Part shown: positions 47,066 to 56,719 of the stretch, piece by piece
How positions within the stretch are numbered: position 1 is the first letter of the stretch
Layout: each line of letters starts with the position of its first letter
Source of the DNA: an uncultured Chitinophaga sp.
GTDB lineage: Bacteria > Bacteroidota > Bacteroidia > Chitinophagales > Chitinophagaceae
NCBI GenBank assembly: GCA_964634265.1
Contig: CAZWIM010000003.1
Coordinates: 138,541-202,540 of the forward strand
Length of the DNA stretch: 64,000 nucleotides
Reading direction: 5' to 3'
Position numbers and translations under genes: made by a program
The notes under the pieces: model-generated
What the model saw: only the letters and a program-made list of their open reading frames with translations
What the model was told of the DNA's origin: nothing
Database searches by the model: none

Positions 47066-47086
47066 AAGCCCCGGAACACGGGGCTT
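47066..47086 (-). terminator. Terminator after Spy-like gene
   Basis: AAGCCCCG-GAACA-CGGGGCTT with T-tract on the minus strand. Confidence 0.82.
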
Positions 47087-47109
47087 GAATGTCTTATACG
47101 GATATCCAA

Positions 47110-47811
47110 TTAAATAATTTCTTTATCAGCAGGTTTTTGTCCTTGAGGTCCGTGAGGTTTACCGGGGCCACCTGGCTTTCTGTGGCCCGGTTTCTTACCT
47201 TGCTGCATTTTTTTCAATTGTTCTTCGGTAAGAACAGATTTCATATTCTCTTTCTGCTTTTTCATTAATTCTTTCATTTCTTCTCTTTTCTTTTCATCGC
47301 TGAGAGATTTATTTTCACGGATCGCTTTCATTTTTTCTCCCATTTCTTTTCTGTTCTTTTCAATCTTAGCTGCCTGCTCTTCAGTAAGGCCGAGATGTAT
47401 TTTCATCTTTTCCATCCTGGCTTTGGCATCTACTTCATGTATGGCCTTTCTTTCTGTCTTCATTTTTTCCAACTGTCCTTTTTGCTCAGTGGTTAGAATG
47501 TTCTCCATTTTTGTTTTTTGCTCTTTGCGGAGGTTTTCCATCCTGGTTTTCCATTCTTTTACGGTAATGTTCTCATTTTTTTTCAGGTCATCCATTTGCT
47601 TACGGAAATTTTCCCGTTGTGCTTTCATTTGTTCTTTCTGTGAATCAGTGAGATTCAATTTTTGGAACTCCATGACGCCGGGGCGATGCTGCATTTTTCC
47701 ATGGCGTTCATGAACGCCTTTACCGTCTCGTTTGCGTTCTGGTATTTCCTGTGCTTGTACAGAAATGGTGGCTATAGCACCTGCAACTACTGCTGCTAAT
47801 ATTTTTTTCAT
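47110..47811 (-). CDS. Periplasmic Spy/CpxP-like protein with four LTxxQ repeats
   Basis: Signal MKKILA...VQA; LTDSQ, LTTEQ, LTEEQ x2. Confidence 0.78.
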   Translation of the reverse strand: MKKILAAVVAGAIATISVQAQEIPERKRDGKGVHERHGKMQHRPGVMEFQKLNLTDSQKEQMKAQRENFRKQMDDLKKNENITVKEWKTRMENLRKEQKTKMENILTTEQKGQLEKMKTERKAIHEVDAKARMEKMKIHLGLTEEQAAKIEKNRKEMGEKMKAIRENKSLSDEKKREEMKELMKKQKENMKSVLTEEQLKKMQQGKKPGHRKPGGPGKPHGPQGQKPADKEII

Positions 47812-47960
47812 GGTTATCATTTTTAGTTTGGACGTCGGCTTGTTCTAAAAACTTTCGGCTTGGCTTGTTATAAAATTTTGTGAACGAAATACAGACCCAA
47901 ACCGGTAAAAGAGGTTTAACCAGAACTAAGAATTTGATCGTAAGTGGAAAAAATCAGGGA

Positions 47961-49010
47961 TTAATGGCTATCCTTATTAGCCAATTGACCACAGGCGGCA
48001 TCAATATCTTTGCCGCGGCTGCGCCGGAGACGGACATTGACCCGGTGTTTCTCAAGGTATTCCATAAAAGCCTGCACCTTGGCTTCTTCCGGTTTTTCAA
48101 ACCGGGCAAAATCGATTGGATTGTATTCGATGATATTAATAAGATCGGCGGGAACCTGCCTGTATAGCTTAATCAGTTCGTCAGCATCTTTCAGTGAATC
48201 GTTGAAATCCTTAAAAAGGATATACTCAAAAGTGATCTCGTTAGCGGTTTGTTTATAGAAATAGTTGAGAGCTTCAATGAGTGTTTTAATGTTATTACTG
48301 TCATTTATTGGCATTATCTCATGCCGCTTTGCATCATTGGCTGCATGTAGCGATAATGCCAGTTTGAATTTCACTTTGTCATCACCCAACTGTCTTATCC
48401 CTTTGGCTACACCTGCTGTGGACACGGTAATGCGCCGGGGGCTCATGGCCAGTCCGTCAGGTGAGGTAATCCGTTCAACTGCTTTCAATACATTCTTATA
48501 ATTCAGCAGCGGTTCTCCCATTCCCATAAAAACAATGTTGCTTAGTTTTTTTCCATGAATTCTTTCACACTGCTGGTTGATCAGCACCACTTCATCATAG
48601 ATCTCATCAAAATCAAGATTTCTTTTTCTATCTATATAACCGGTGGCACAAAATTTACAACTCAGCGAACAACCGATCTGGGAAGAAACACAGGCTGTAA
48701 AACGGGAAGTAGTGGGAATTAGTACACCTTCCACGAGGTGTCCGTCATGTGTTTTGAAACGGGATTTTACAGTACCATCAGCGGAATATTGTGTAGCATC
48801 GGTAGTTAATGCCGGGAGTGTAAAGGTTTCCCCCAGTTTTTGGCGCAGGTCTTTGCTGAGGTTGGTCATATCGGCAAAGCTCATGGCATGTTTTTGCCAG
48901 AGCCATTCATACACCTGTTTGGCCCGGAACTTTTTTTCGCCGAGTTCCTCAAAATACTGTTCAAGTTCCTGTAAGGATAAATGCCGTATGTTCCTGCTGA
49001 TTTTCTTCAT
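47961..49010 (-). CDS. rlmN: Dual-specificity RNA methyltransferase
   Basis: CVSSQIGCSLSCKFCATG, MGMGEP, DIDAACGQL; likely start MKKISR. Confidence 0.96.
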   Translation of the reverse strand: MKKISRNIRHLSLQELEQYFEELGEKKFRAKQVYEWLWQKHAMSFADMTNLSKDLRQKLGETFTLPALTTDATQYSADGTVKSRFKTHDGHLVEGVLIPTTSRFTACVSSQIGCSLSCKFCATGYIDRKRNLDFDEIYDEVVLINQQCERIHGKKLSNIVFMGMGEPLLNYKNVLKAVERITSPDGLAMSPRRITVSTAGVAKGIRQLGDDKVKFKLALSLHAANDAKRHEIMPINDSNNIKTLIEALNYFYKQTANEITFEYILFKDFNDSLKDADELIKLYRQVPADLINIIEYNPIDFARFEKPEEAKVQAFMEYLEKHRVNVRLRRSRGKDIDAACGQLANKDSH

Positions 49011-49080
49011 CGGCTGCAAAGATAGCCTGCAAACAAGGCATTCATCAGATTTCACAGATATTTGCTTTCAAATATTTTGA

Positions 49081-50277
49081 ATGAACCCTGTTTATATAAT
49101 TGACACCGTACGAACTCCGGTTGGTAAGTATGGAGGTGCACTTAGTTCTGTCAGGCCAGATGATCTGCTGGCAATAGTTATCAAGGCCCTGGTTGAGAGA
49201 AACAGAACTATAGATATAAATGAAATAGAAGATGTAATTGCCGGGGCAGCTAACCAGGCAGGTGAAGATAACCGGAATGTAGCCAGAATGGCGGCACTGC
49301 TGGCAGGGTTGCCGGTAACTGTGGCTGGCAATACTGTGAACAGGCTTTGTGCTTCAGGATTGCAGGCTATTATGGATGGTTCCCGGCAGATCATTTGCGG
49401 AGATGCAGAACTTATTATTGCAGGAGGGGCTGAGAGTATGACCAGGGCTCCATATGTATTGGCAAAAAGTACTGAAGCATACAGCAGGTCGGCAGAAATA
49501 TTTGATACTACAATGGGTTGGCGTTTCATTAATAAAGAATTGGCGGCAATGTACCATCCTTATACAATGGGAGAGACGGCGGAGAATGTTGCCAGGCAAT
49601 GGAACATAAGCAGGTCAGAACAGGATGAGTTTGCAATGACTTCACAGCAGCGTTATGCCGAAGCAAAAGCTGCAGGTAAATGGCAGGAAGAAATAATTCC
49701 TGTAACGGTGAGTAAGGGAAAAGACAAAATAACTGTAGGTACTGATGAGCATCCGCGGGAAACATCATTGGAAAAGCTGGCGGCCCTGAAACCGGCGTTT
49801 ATCAAAGATGGAACAGTTACAGCCGGAAATTCTTCTGGAATTAATGATGGAGCAGCAGCTATGTTGCTGGCAAGCGAAAAATCTGTCAACAAATATGGAT
49901 TAAAACCTATGGCAAGGGTTATGGCCATGGCAGTGTCTGGGGTAGATCCCTCCATAATGGGTATTGGGCCGGTACCGGCGGTAAAAAAAGTTTTACAAAG
50001 GGCCGGACTAAAAACCGATGATATTGATCTTATAGAACTGAATGAGGCGTTTGCTTCACAGGCACTGGCCTGCATAAGAGATTTGCATCTTGATAAGAAA
50101 AAAGTAAATGTAAATGGTGGTGCTATTGCCATAGGCCATCCACTGGGATGCAGCGGAGTTCGCATTTCAACTACTTTGTTGTATGAGATGAAGAGAAGGC
50201 ATTCCCGGTTTGGCTTAGCTACTATGTGTGTAGGAGTGGGGCAGGGGGCGGCTGTGATATATGAGAATATGGATTGA
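49081..50277 (+). CDS. Thiolase (acetyl-CoA C-acyltransferase, PcaF/PaaJ-like)
   Basis: NRLCASG, NEAF, GHPLG, CVGVGQG. Confidence 0.94.
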   Translation: MNPVYIIDTVRTPVGKYGGALSSVRPDDLLAIVIKALVERNRTIDINEIEDVIAGAANQAGEDNRNVARMAALLAGLPVTVAGNTVNRLCASGLQAIMDGSRQIICGDAELIIAGGAESMTRAPYVLAKSTEAYSRSAEIFDTTMGWRFINKELAAMYHPYTMGETAENVARQWNISRSEQDEFAMTSQQRYAEAKAAGKWQEEIIPVTVSKGKDKITVGTDEHPRETSLEKLAALKPAFIKDGTVTAGNSSGINDGAAAMLLASEKSVNKYGLKPMARVMAMAVSGVDPSIMGIGPVPAVKKVLQRAGLKTDDIDLIELNEAFASQALACIRDLHLDKKKVNVNGGAIAIGHPLGCSGVRISTTLLYEMKRRHSRFGLATMCVGVGQGAAVIYENMD

Positions 50278-50330
50278 TTTTGTTAATTTTTTCTTTTTAA
50301 ATTCGTTTTACGACTATAAACCAACAATAT

Positions 50331-50696
50331 ATGAGAACTATTTTCTTTTCTCTGTTGATGATCATTGGCAGTTTATCTATTAATGCACAAACTGATTCGC
50401 TGGAACAATACACTGGTAAATACAAGTTCCCCGATGGAAGCCCGGTTACAGAAATTGGGATCGTTATTGAGAACGGTATATTAATGGCCACATCTGCTAT
50501 GGGCAATTCAGAATTCAGGAAAACTGATACAAAAGATGTGTTTGAAGTAGTGGCTTATGCAGGTACGGCAACTTTCAGGAGAAATGATCAGAACAAAGTG
50601 GTGGGTGTGTTAATTCAGGTACAGGATATTAATATGGAAGGAACTAAAGGGGAAGGTTTGGCAATACGACAACAATATATTAAACATATTAAATAA
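50331..50696 (+). CDS. Small secreted hypothetical protein
   Basis: Signal peptide ending INA-Q; LEQYTGKYK motif. Confidence 0.72.
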   Translation: MRTIFFSLLMIIGSLSINAQTDSLEQYTGKYKFPDGSPVTEIGIVIENGILMATSAMGNSEFRKTDTKDVFEVVAYAGTATFRRNDQNKVVGVLIQVQDINMEGTKGEGLAIRQQYIKHIK

Positions 50697-50729
50697 TCCG
50701 TACATCAGTTACTGATGTACGGATTATTT
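50691..50729. terminator. 18-bp perfect inverted repeat between convergent genes (bidirectional terminator)
   Basis: AAATAATCCGTACATCAG-TTA-CTGATGTACGGATTATTT. Confidence 0.85.
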
Positions 50730-52096
50730 CAAAAAGGATATTTAACCAGGAACCCTGAAGGAATGGTCTCCTGTTCACCCGTGGCCAGCCTTTTAATTTT
50801 ACATTTATTTTCCATCATTTCAGCTTCACCATTAATAATGGCATAAGGAATATTTTTCTTTTCTGCGTATTTGAACTGCTTGTCAAATTTGCTGTTCTCA
50901 TGAAAGAGTTCACAGCGGATTCCTTTTTCCCTTAACTGTTGCATCAGCTCAAAAGAATAACGACTTTCTTTTTCCCCAAGATTGAAAAATAAAACCTGTG
51001 TGCCGATATGTACATCTGGCGGAAAAAATTGCAGTTCCTCCATTACATCATAAATGCGGTCGACACCAAATGAAATACCAACACCGGGTATATCCGGAAC
51101 TCCAAATAAACCTGTCAGGTCATCATACCGGCCGCCTCCACCAATGCTGCCGATTTTTACAGATGCCGGTGCTTTGGCTTCAAAAATGGTACCTGTATAA
51201 TAATTAAGTCCCCTTGCCAAGGCAGGGTCAACGATCAAATCAACATTATGAGTGCTAAGTTGTGTAAATAAGAACCGCAACTCTTCAATTCCTTTTTTGC
51301 CCGTTTCTGTTTTTCCAATTAAAGATTCCAGGCTATTTAGGATTGATTCGTTACTGCCGTTTACGGAAAGATATTTTTCTATGGTGTTTACCTGCTCATT
51401 CGTTAATCCACGTTGTACCAGTTCGTCTTTTACTTTGTCCAGTCCAATTTTATCCAGTTTGTCGATGGCAATGGTGATATCTGTCATCTTATCAACTCCG
51501 CCGCAAACTTCTGCTAGGGCTGCCAATATTTTGCGATGGTTAATCCTTAATTCAAAACCGGTGAGTTGCAGTTTATTGAAAACGGTATGATAAATGAGAG
51601 CCAGTTCTACTTCGTTGAGTAAGGATCGGCTGCCCACCACATCTGCATCACATTGGTAAAATTCACGGTAACGTCCTTTTTGTGGCCTGTCGGCCCGCCA
51701 TACCGGCTGCACCTGGTAGCGTTTAAAAGGGAAAGTCAGCTGGTTGTGATTCATCGCTACATAACGGGCAAAAGGAATAGTGAGATCGTATTTAAGTGCT
51801 CTTTCGGTAATACCTTTTGTGTTCTTGCCTTGTAAAACTTTTTCAAAATCTTCCCTTACCTGCTTTTCTTTTTCCGGATTATCCAATCCGTTATTCAGGA
51901 TTTTAAAAATGAGCTTATCTCCCTCTTCGCCGTATTTACCCATCAGCGTATCAATGTTTTCCATTGCCGGCGTTTCTAATGGCTGAAAGCCATATACTTC
52001 AAACACAGATTTAATTGTATTCAGTATATAGTTCCTTTTACGGACAACATCTGGTCCAAAATCTCTTGTTCCCTGTGGTAGTGTTGGTTTACTCAT
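50729..52096 (-). CDS. hisS: Histidine--tRNA ligase
   Basis: GTRDF, YDLTIPFARY, GRYREFYQCD, RGLNYYTG, GGGRYD. Confidence 0.97.
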   Translation of the reverse strand: MSKPTLPQGTRDFGPDVVRKRNYILNTIKSVFEVYGFQPLETPAMENIDTLMGKYGEEGDKLIFKILNNGLDNPEKEKQVREDFEKVLQGKNTKGITERALKYDLTIPFARYVAMNHNQLTFPFKRYQVQPVWRADRPQKGRYREFYQCDADVVGSRSLLNEVELALIYHTVFNKLQLTGFELRINHRKILAALAEVCGGVDKMTDITIAIDKLDKIGLDKVKDELVQRGLTNEQVNTIEKYLSVNGSNESILNSLESLIGKTETGKKGIEELRFLFTQLSTHNVDLIVDPALARGLNYYTGTIFEAKAPASVKIGSIGGGGRYDDLTGLFGVPDIPGVGISFGVDRIYDVMEELQFFPPDVHIGTQVLFFNLGEKESRYSFELMQQLREKGIRCELFHENSKFDKQFKYAEKKNIPYAIINGEAEMMENKCKIKRLATGEQETIPSGFLVKYPF

Positions 52097-52108
52097 ATCA
52101 TTGAAAGA

Positions 52109-52588
52109 TCAAAGATTTGCTGCAGGTATGCTTACACCGTACCTGGTGATTATTGTATCGCATACACGGTCTATCATGGAATATACTTCATGATAACCTG
52201 CTTCTGGTCCATACCAGGGATCCGGAACATCCATATTTTCTCCAGGGTAAATTTCATTCATCAGCAGATCAACTTTACCAGGGTCAAATTTATCCTTTGC
52301 GATTCGTTTTATTTCATCCAATACGTCCCCGGCTAAAGCATATATCTTATCATAGGTGTCAAAATCATTGGCTGAAAATCTTCTGGCTCTTTGGTGGCTT
52401 ATATCAATTCCGTTGAACCTTGCAACTTTTTGTGAAAGATGATGAGGTGGTTCACCAGTATGATAGTTATTAGTGCCGGCACTTTCGATACTCCATGTTA
52501 AACCTGCCTTAAAAGCTTTATCCTGCAATATTCCTTCTGCCAGCGGACTGCGGCAAATATTACCAAGGCAAACCATTAAAATTTTCAT
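52109..52588 (-). CDS. Low-molecular-weight protein-tyrosine phosphatase
   Basis: VCLGNICRSP; DPWYG. Confidence 0.95.
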   Translation of the reverse strand: MKILMVCLGNICRSPLAEGILQDKAFKAGLTWSIESAGTNNYHTGEPPHHLSQKVARFNGIDISHQRARRFSANDFDTYDKIYALAGDVLDEIKRIAKDKFDPGKVDLLMNEIYPGENMDVPDPWYGPEAGYHEVYSMIDRVCDTIITRYGVSIPAANL

Positions 52589-52703
52589 AAAGACAAAGGT
52601 AAGCTTCGTGAAGTATGCGCCAAGTCATTTGTATGAAGAAATGATGACAATCCTGGTTGTGGATTTTTATTGATCATCGCATCTATCTGTCAAACACACA
52701 CCC

Positions 52704-53531
52704 ATGACAAACAAAGAAATTTTAAACGCCGATTTGCTCGATATCATCTTCGAGAACAGGAATAAGGAATATGGCGCTTATGCACTACGCAGGGGATATA
52801 ATGTTCGTATGCTTACGGCATTAGGTGTCGGGCTATCTGTCATTTTAGTTTTTGCGCTGATGAATGCATTAAAGAAAGAAACCAGTGCTGCTGTTCATCA
52901 GGTGTCGAAGGAAAGAAATGAAGTAGTAATACGATCTATTCAAATGCCACAGGAAAAGCCAAAAGAACCTGAGCAAATGAGGCAGGCTTCCAAACCTAAA
53001 CCTGCACCTAAAGTAGCAGAGATAAAATTTACTAACCCCAAAATAACAGAGGATAACAAAGTAAAAGAGCCGCTGCCTCCGGTTGAAGACCTGAGCGGGA
53101 AGGTGACTTCTACACAGAACGTAGCCGGGATTCCTGATGATGGGAAGGAAAAATCAGTAACTAAACAGGAAGATCCTGTCGGTACAGGTACTGCCGGACC
53201 TTCTCAGCCTGTCGCAGATTTTATTATCCAGGAAAGAGATCCTGAATTTCCCGGAGGTGCAGACGCATTAAAAAAGTTCCTTGCCCGGTACCTTTCTACA
53301 CCGGACGAACTGGAAGCCGGCGAAAAAAAGGTAGTTAAAGTGAAGTTTAAAGTAGATAAAGATGGCAGCGTCAATACATTTGAGATTGTAACCAGTGGTG
53401 GTGACGGGTTTGATGACGAGGTACTTAGGGTAGTGAAGAAAATGCCCCGTTGGGTACCGGCTATCCAAAATGGCGTAAATGTTCCGGTAAGCTATGTACT
53501 GCCTGTAACATTTATAGGGATGGAAGAATAA
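52704..53531 (+). CDS. TonB-family energy transducer
   Basis: DIIFENRNKEYGAY.LR, TM segment, Pro-rich linker, PEFPGG...W.PA.QNG.NV. Confidence 0.92.
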   Translation: MTNKEILNADLLDIIFENRNKEYGAYALRRGYNVRMLTALGVGLSVILVFALMNALKKETSAAVHQVSKERNEVVIRSIQMPQEKPKEPEQMRQASKPKPAPKVAEIKFTNPKITEDNKVKEPLPPVEDLSGKVTSTQNVAGIPDDGKEKSVTKQEDPVGTGTAGPSQPVADFIIQERDPEFPGGADALKKFLARYLSTPDELEAGEKKVVKVKFKVDKDGSVNTFEIVTSGGDGFDDEVLRVVKKMPRWVPAIQNGVNVPVSYVLPVTFIGMEE

Positions 53532-53561
53532 ATTTTAATAATTTGCCTGCCCCGTAAAGAA

Positions 53562-53810
53562 ATGGCAATGTTTGAAGATTATGAAAAGAAGAAACGAAAC
53601 CAGGTTTCGTTGATGAAATCCCTGATGGATTATGGCATGGGGCTGATTATCCTTTTATTAGGTGTGTTTTTCTTCTTCCGTAACCAGTTCAAACTTTCTT
53701 TTAATGAAAGATTTCCTCCTGATGATATTGATAAGATACTGGGTGTAATGTGTATCATCTATGGCATCTGGAGGATTTACAGGGGGTATAAGAAAAACTA
53801 TTTTAAATGA
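53562..53810 (+). CDS. Small two-TM membrane protein
   Basis: 82 aa; YGIWRIYRGY; ATGA overlap with the next gene. Confidence 0.75.
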   Translation: MAMFEDYEKKKRNQVSLMKSLMDYGMGLIILLLGVFFFFRNQFKLSFNERFPPDDIDKILGVMCIIYGIWRIYRGYKKNYFK

Positions 53811-54745
53811 GTTGCCGCACAATCAGGAAGATCCCCGGTTCTTTTATTTTCATAGTTACGATGCTGGTTTCTGTGATAGGGTGTAAATCGTTTAAAGAGC
53901 AGGAGGATGAGCTGCCGGATAACAGGAGAAGAGGTACAATCTATGTCAGTGCAGATGAATCCTTCAAGCCGATCATCGATGAGCATGTTAAGGTGTATGA
54001 ATCCAATTATCCCGGTACTAAAATCAATGTAGATTATAAACCCGAAGCCGAATGCCTGAAAGATATGCTCATTGACAGCATCCGGCTGGTTATTACGACA
54101 AGGACTTACCACCAGGATGAAAAGGACTTTATAGTTGACTCTTTACGAAAATCGCCCAGGAGCATGGTGGTGGCAAGGGATGCAATTGCGGTGATTGTTC
54201 ACCCGGATTCACCCGATACACTATTTACTATGTCAGAAATAAGGGAAATACTTACCGGCAGGTACAAGAAAAAGTTAATTCCTGTTTTTGACGGCGTAAA
54301 AGCAACCAGTACAGTACGTTTTGTCATCGATTCAGTGTTAAGGGGTGATTCACTGACACCGGAGGCAATGGCGGCCAGGAGTAGTGAAGGTGTGATTGAT
54401 TATGTGGCAAAAACTCCCGGGGTGATTGGCTTCATTGGTGTTAGCTGGATAGGTAACCCGGAAGATTCAAGTCATCTAAGTTTTTTGAAAAAGGTAAAAG
54501 TGGCATCATTGGAAAGCACAGATATACCAGATGCATATGTTAAAGCTTACCAGGCAAACATTTACATTAAGCGGTATCCAATGGTACGGGATTTGGTTTA
54601 TATACTTAAAGAAAACCACAAGGGATTAGGAAATGGATTTGCCAATTTTATGAGCGGAGAGATCGGACAAATGATATTCAGAAGGGCCTATTTGGCACCG
54701 GCACAAAAAAACTTTGGAATCCGGCCCATCAGGCTGAATGAGTAA
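53807..54745 (+). CDS. PstS-like substrate-binding lipoprotein
   Basis: Lipobox VIGC; VSADES, DAIAVIVHP, YPMVR. Confidence 0.85.
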   Translation: MSCRTIRKIPGSFIFIVTMLVSVIGCKSFKEQEDELPDNRRRGTIYVSADESFKPIIDEHVKVYESNYPGTKINVDYKPEAECLKDMLIDSIRLVITTRTYHQDEKDFIVDSLRKSPRSMVVARDAIAVIVHPDSPDTLFTMSEIREILTGRYKKKLIPVFDGVKATSTVRFVIDSVLRGDSLTPEAMAARSSEGVIDYVAKTPGVIGFIGVSWIGNPEDSSHLSFLKKVKVASLESTDIPDAYVKAYQANIYIKRYPMVRDLVYILKENHKGLGNGFANFMSGEIGQMIFRRAYLAPAQKNFGIRPIRLNE

Positions 54746-54792
54746 AAGAAGGAGTTAGTTATATTTACAAACTTTTTAAAAGAAGAAGTAAA

Positions 54793-56559
54793 ATGAAGAA
54801 AACCTTAATTACACTACTTGCATCAGGGCTGCTATCGGTTGCGGTGCAGGCACAAACACTGCAGGAAGGGATTAACAATCTCTATGCGGGAAGGATCAAA
54901 AACGCCATCTCAGTTTTTGAAAAACTACTGGCTGTCAACCCCAATAATATTGAGGCTATATACTGGCTTGGCCAGACGAAACTGGAGACAGATGAGATCA
55001 TGGGGGCCAGGTTAAAGGATGTTCGAAGCATTTATGAAAAGGCGCTTCAGGCAACTAATGGTGCACCACTCATTAAAGTTGGTATGGGCCACATAGACCT
55101 GCTGACCAATAAGAATGAGGATGCCCGTCAGCATTTTGAGTCAGCCTTGACTATGACCCGTACAAAAAAGGGAGATGATCCTGTTATCAGCACTGCTATT
55201 GGCAGGGCCATTACAGATTCCAAAAATGGTGATTTCGCCTATGCCATCAGGCTGCTGGAAGATGCTGCATCAAAGGATCCAAAGAATACAGAAACATTAT
55301 TGCAACTGGGTAATGCTTACCGCAAAGCAAGACCCGGTGAGGGTGGAGGTCTGGCCTTTCAGACCTATAAAAAAGCTATTGAAGTCAATTCAAGCTTTGT
55401 TGGTCCGTATCTGAGGCTGGCCAAACTTTTTGAATCGCAGAAAAACTGGGAACTTTACTTACAGTACCTGAATGACGGCGTGGCAAAAGATCCTAAGTTC
55501 ACTGCCGCTTATTATGAACTATTCTATTATTACTTCTTCAGAGCACAGTTTACCGAAGCGGAAAATTACCTGACAAAGTATATTGATAGTAAATTACCCG
55601 AAACTGATATCCAGGACCAATTCCTGTACGCACAGCTATGTTGGGCTAAAAAGGATTTTAGTTGTGCTATCAGTAAAGCCGAAATTGTATATGTAGCGAT
55701 GGGTGATGTAACCAAGCCCAAAGTTTTCCGCCTGCTGGCAGATGCCTATTTCCAGAAAGGTGACTATGCTAATGCCAAAAAATACAGCGACCTGTTTTTC
55801 CAGAAAAAGAACCCGGATGATTATATTTCCGGAGACCATAAGATAAGAGCGGACATTTTATCCAAAACAGGGGGCACTACTGACGAGATATTTGTGAATT
55901 ACCTTCAGGGTTCTGTACTAGACACCTTACTTAGCTCTAAAATAGATTTTTTAAAACAAGGTGCTGAGTTTTTGAAAGCAAGGGGCGATAGTATCAGCCG
56001 GGTAAGGGAAGGCGATCTTCGACTTGAAATTGTTAAGCTAAAAGGGGATAAAGCAGGTCAGAGAGACTTCTTCGATGCCGGCTTTGCCTACTACCAGGGT
56101 AAAAATTATGAAAGAGCAGACAGTGTATTTGATGTTTTTACAGAAAAGTTTCCTGATGAAGTTTACGGCCCAATGATGCAGTATAATATTCACAGGGCAC
56201 TCGACAGTACCATGGAGAAGGGAATGGCAGTACCCTGGGCAGAAAAATACCTGAACATTCTCGAAAAAGATACCGCTAAAAATAAAAAGACGATTATCGG
56301 TGTGGCCAGCTACCTGGCATCTTACCATGCTAATATTGTAAAAGACAAAGAAAAGGCATTGGAATACCTGAGAAAGATGCTGGTGCTTGATCCTACAAAT
56401 GAAATAATAAAAAATAATATAAGTGTGCTGGAAAAAGCTCCGGCAACAAAGCCACCTTCACCTTCTAAGGGCGGGGCAACACCGGCGCCGGCCAAAACGG
56501 GTAATCCTAAGCCTTCCGCAAAGACAACAATAAATAAAGAAATTCCTATAAAGACTTAG
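54793..56559 (+). CDS. Secreted tetratricopeptide-repeat protein
   Basis: Signal peptide ending VQA-Q; multiple TPR-like helical pairs. Confidence 0.85.
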   Translation: MKKTLITLLASGLLSVAVQAQTLQEGINNLYAGRIKNAISVFEKLLAVNPNNIEAIYWLGQTKLETDEIMGARLKDVRSIYEKALQATNGAPLIKVGMGHIDLLTNKNEDARQHFESALTMTRTKKGDDPVISTAIGRAITDSKNGDFAYAIRLLEDAASKDPKNTETLLQLGNAYRKARPGEGGGLAFQTYKKAIEVNSSFVGPYLRLAKLFESQKNWELYLQYLNDGVAKDPKFTAAYYELFYYYFFRAQFTEAENYLTKYIDSKLPETDIQDQFLYAQLCWAKKDFSCAISKAEIVYVAMGDVTKPKVFRLLADAYFQKGDYANAKKYSDLFFQKKNPDDYISGDHKIRADILSKTGGTTDEIFVNYLQGSVLDTLLSSKIDFLKQGAEFLKARGDSISRVREGDLRLEIVKLKGDKAGQRDFFDAGFAYYQGKNYERADSVFDVFTEKFPDEVYGPMMQYNIHRALDSTMEKGMAVPWAEKYLNILEKDTAKNKKTIIGVASYLASYHANIVKDKEKALEYLRKMLVLDPTNEIIKNNISVLEKAPATKPPSPSKGGATPAPAKTGNPKPSAKTTINKEIPIKT

Positions 56560-56581
56560 AACTCGGTTTTCTTCTTTTACA

Positions 56582-56624
56582 AAAGAAAATCCCTTGCTGT
56601 TATGGTGGGGGATTTTTCTTTTTT
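56582..56624 (+). terminator. Terminator after TPR gene
   Basis: AAGAAAATCCC...GGGATTTTTCTTTTTT. Confidence 0.7.
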
Positions 56625-56633
56625 GTTTAAAAA

Positions 56634-56699
56634 CTGATGATAACCACATAGTACTATGATTTTTAATTAGGGTATTTTGCGCCGGTCACCTTATTTTTG
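56634..56699 (+). promoter_or_regulatory. Degenerate tandem FNR-like boxes plus perfect -7 element (nuo promoter)
   Basis: CTGAT-GATA-ACCAC 56634-56647 and ATGAT-TTTT-AATTA 56656-56669; TATTTTTG 56692-56699 at the same 23-bp offset. Confidence 0.55.
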
Positions 56700-56719
56700 C
56701 CGACAGTTCAAAAGAGCTT

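Noticed and set aside
47110-47811. Lys/Glu/Met-rich repeats resembling low-complexity DNA
   Set aside because: Explained by duplicated LTxxQ Spy/CpxP-type helices.
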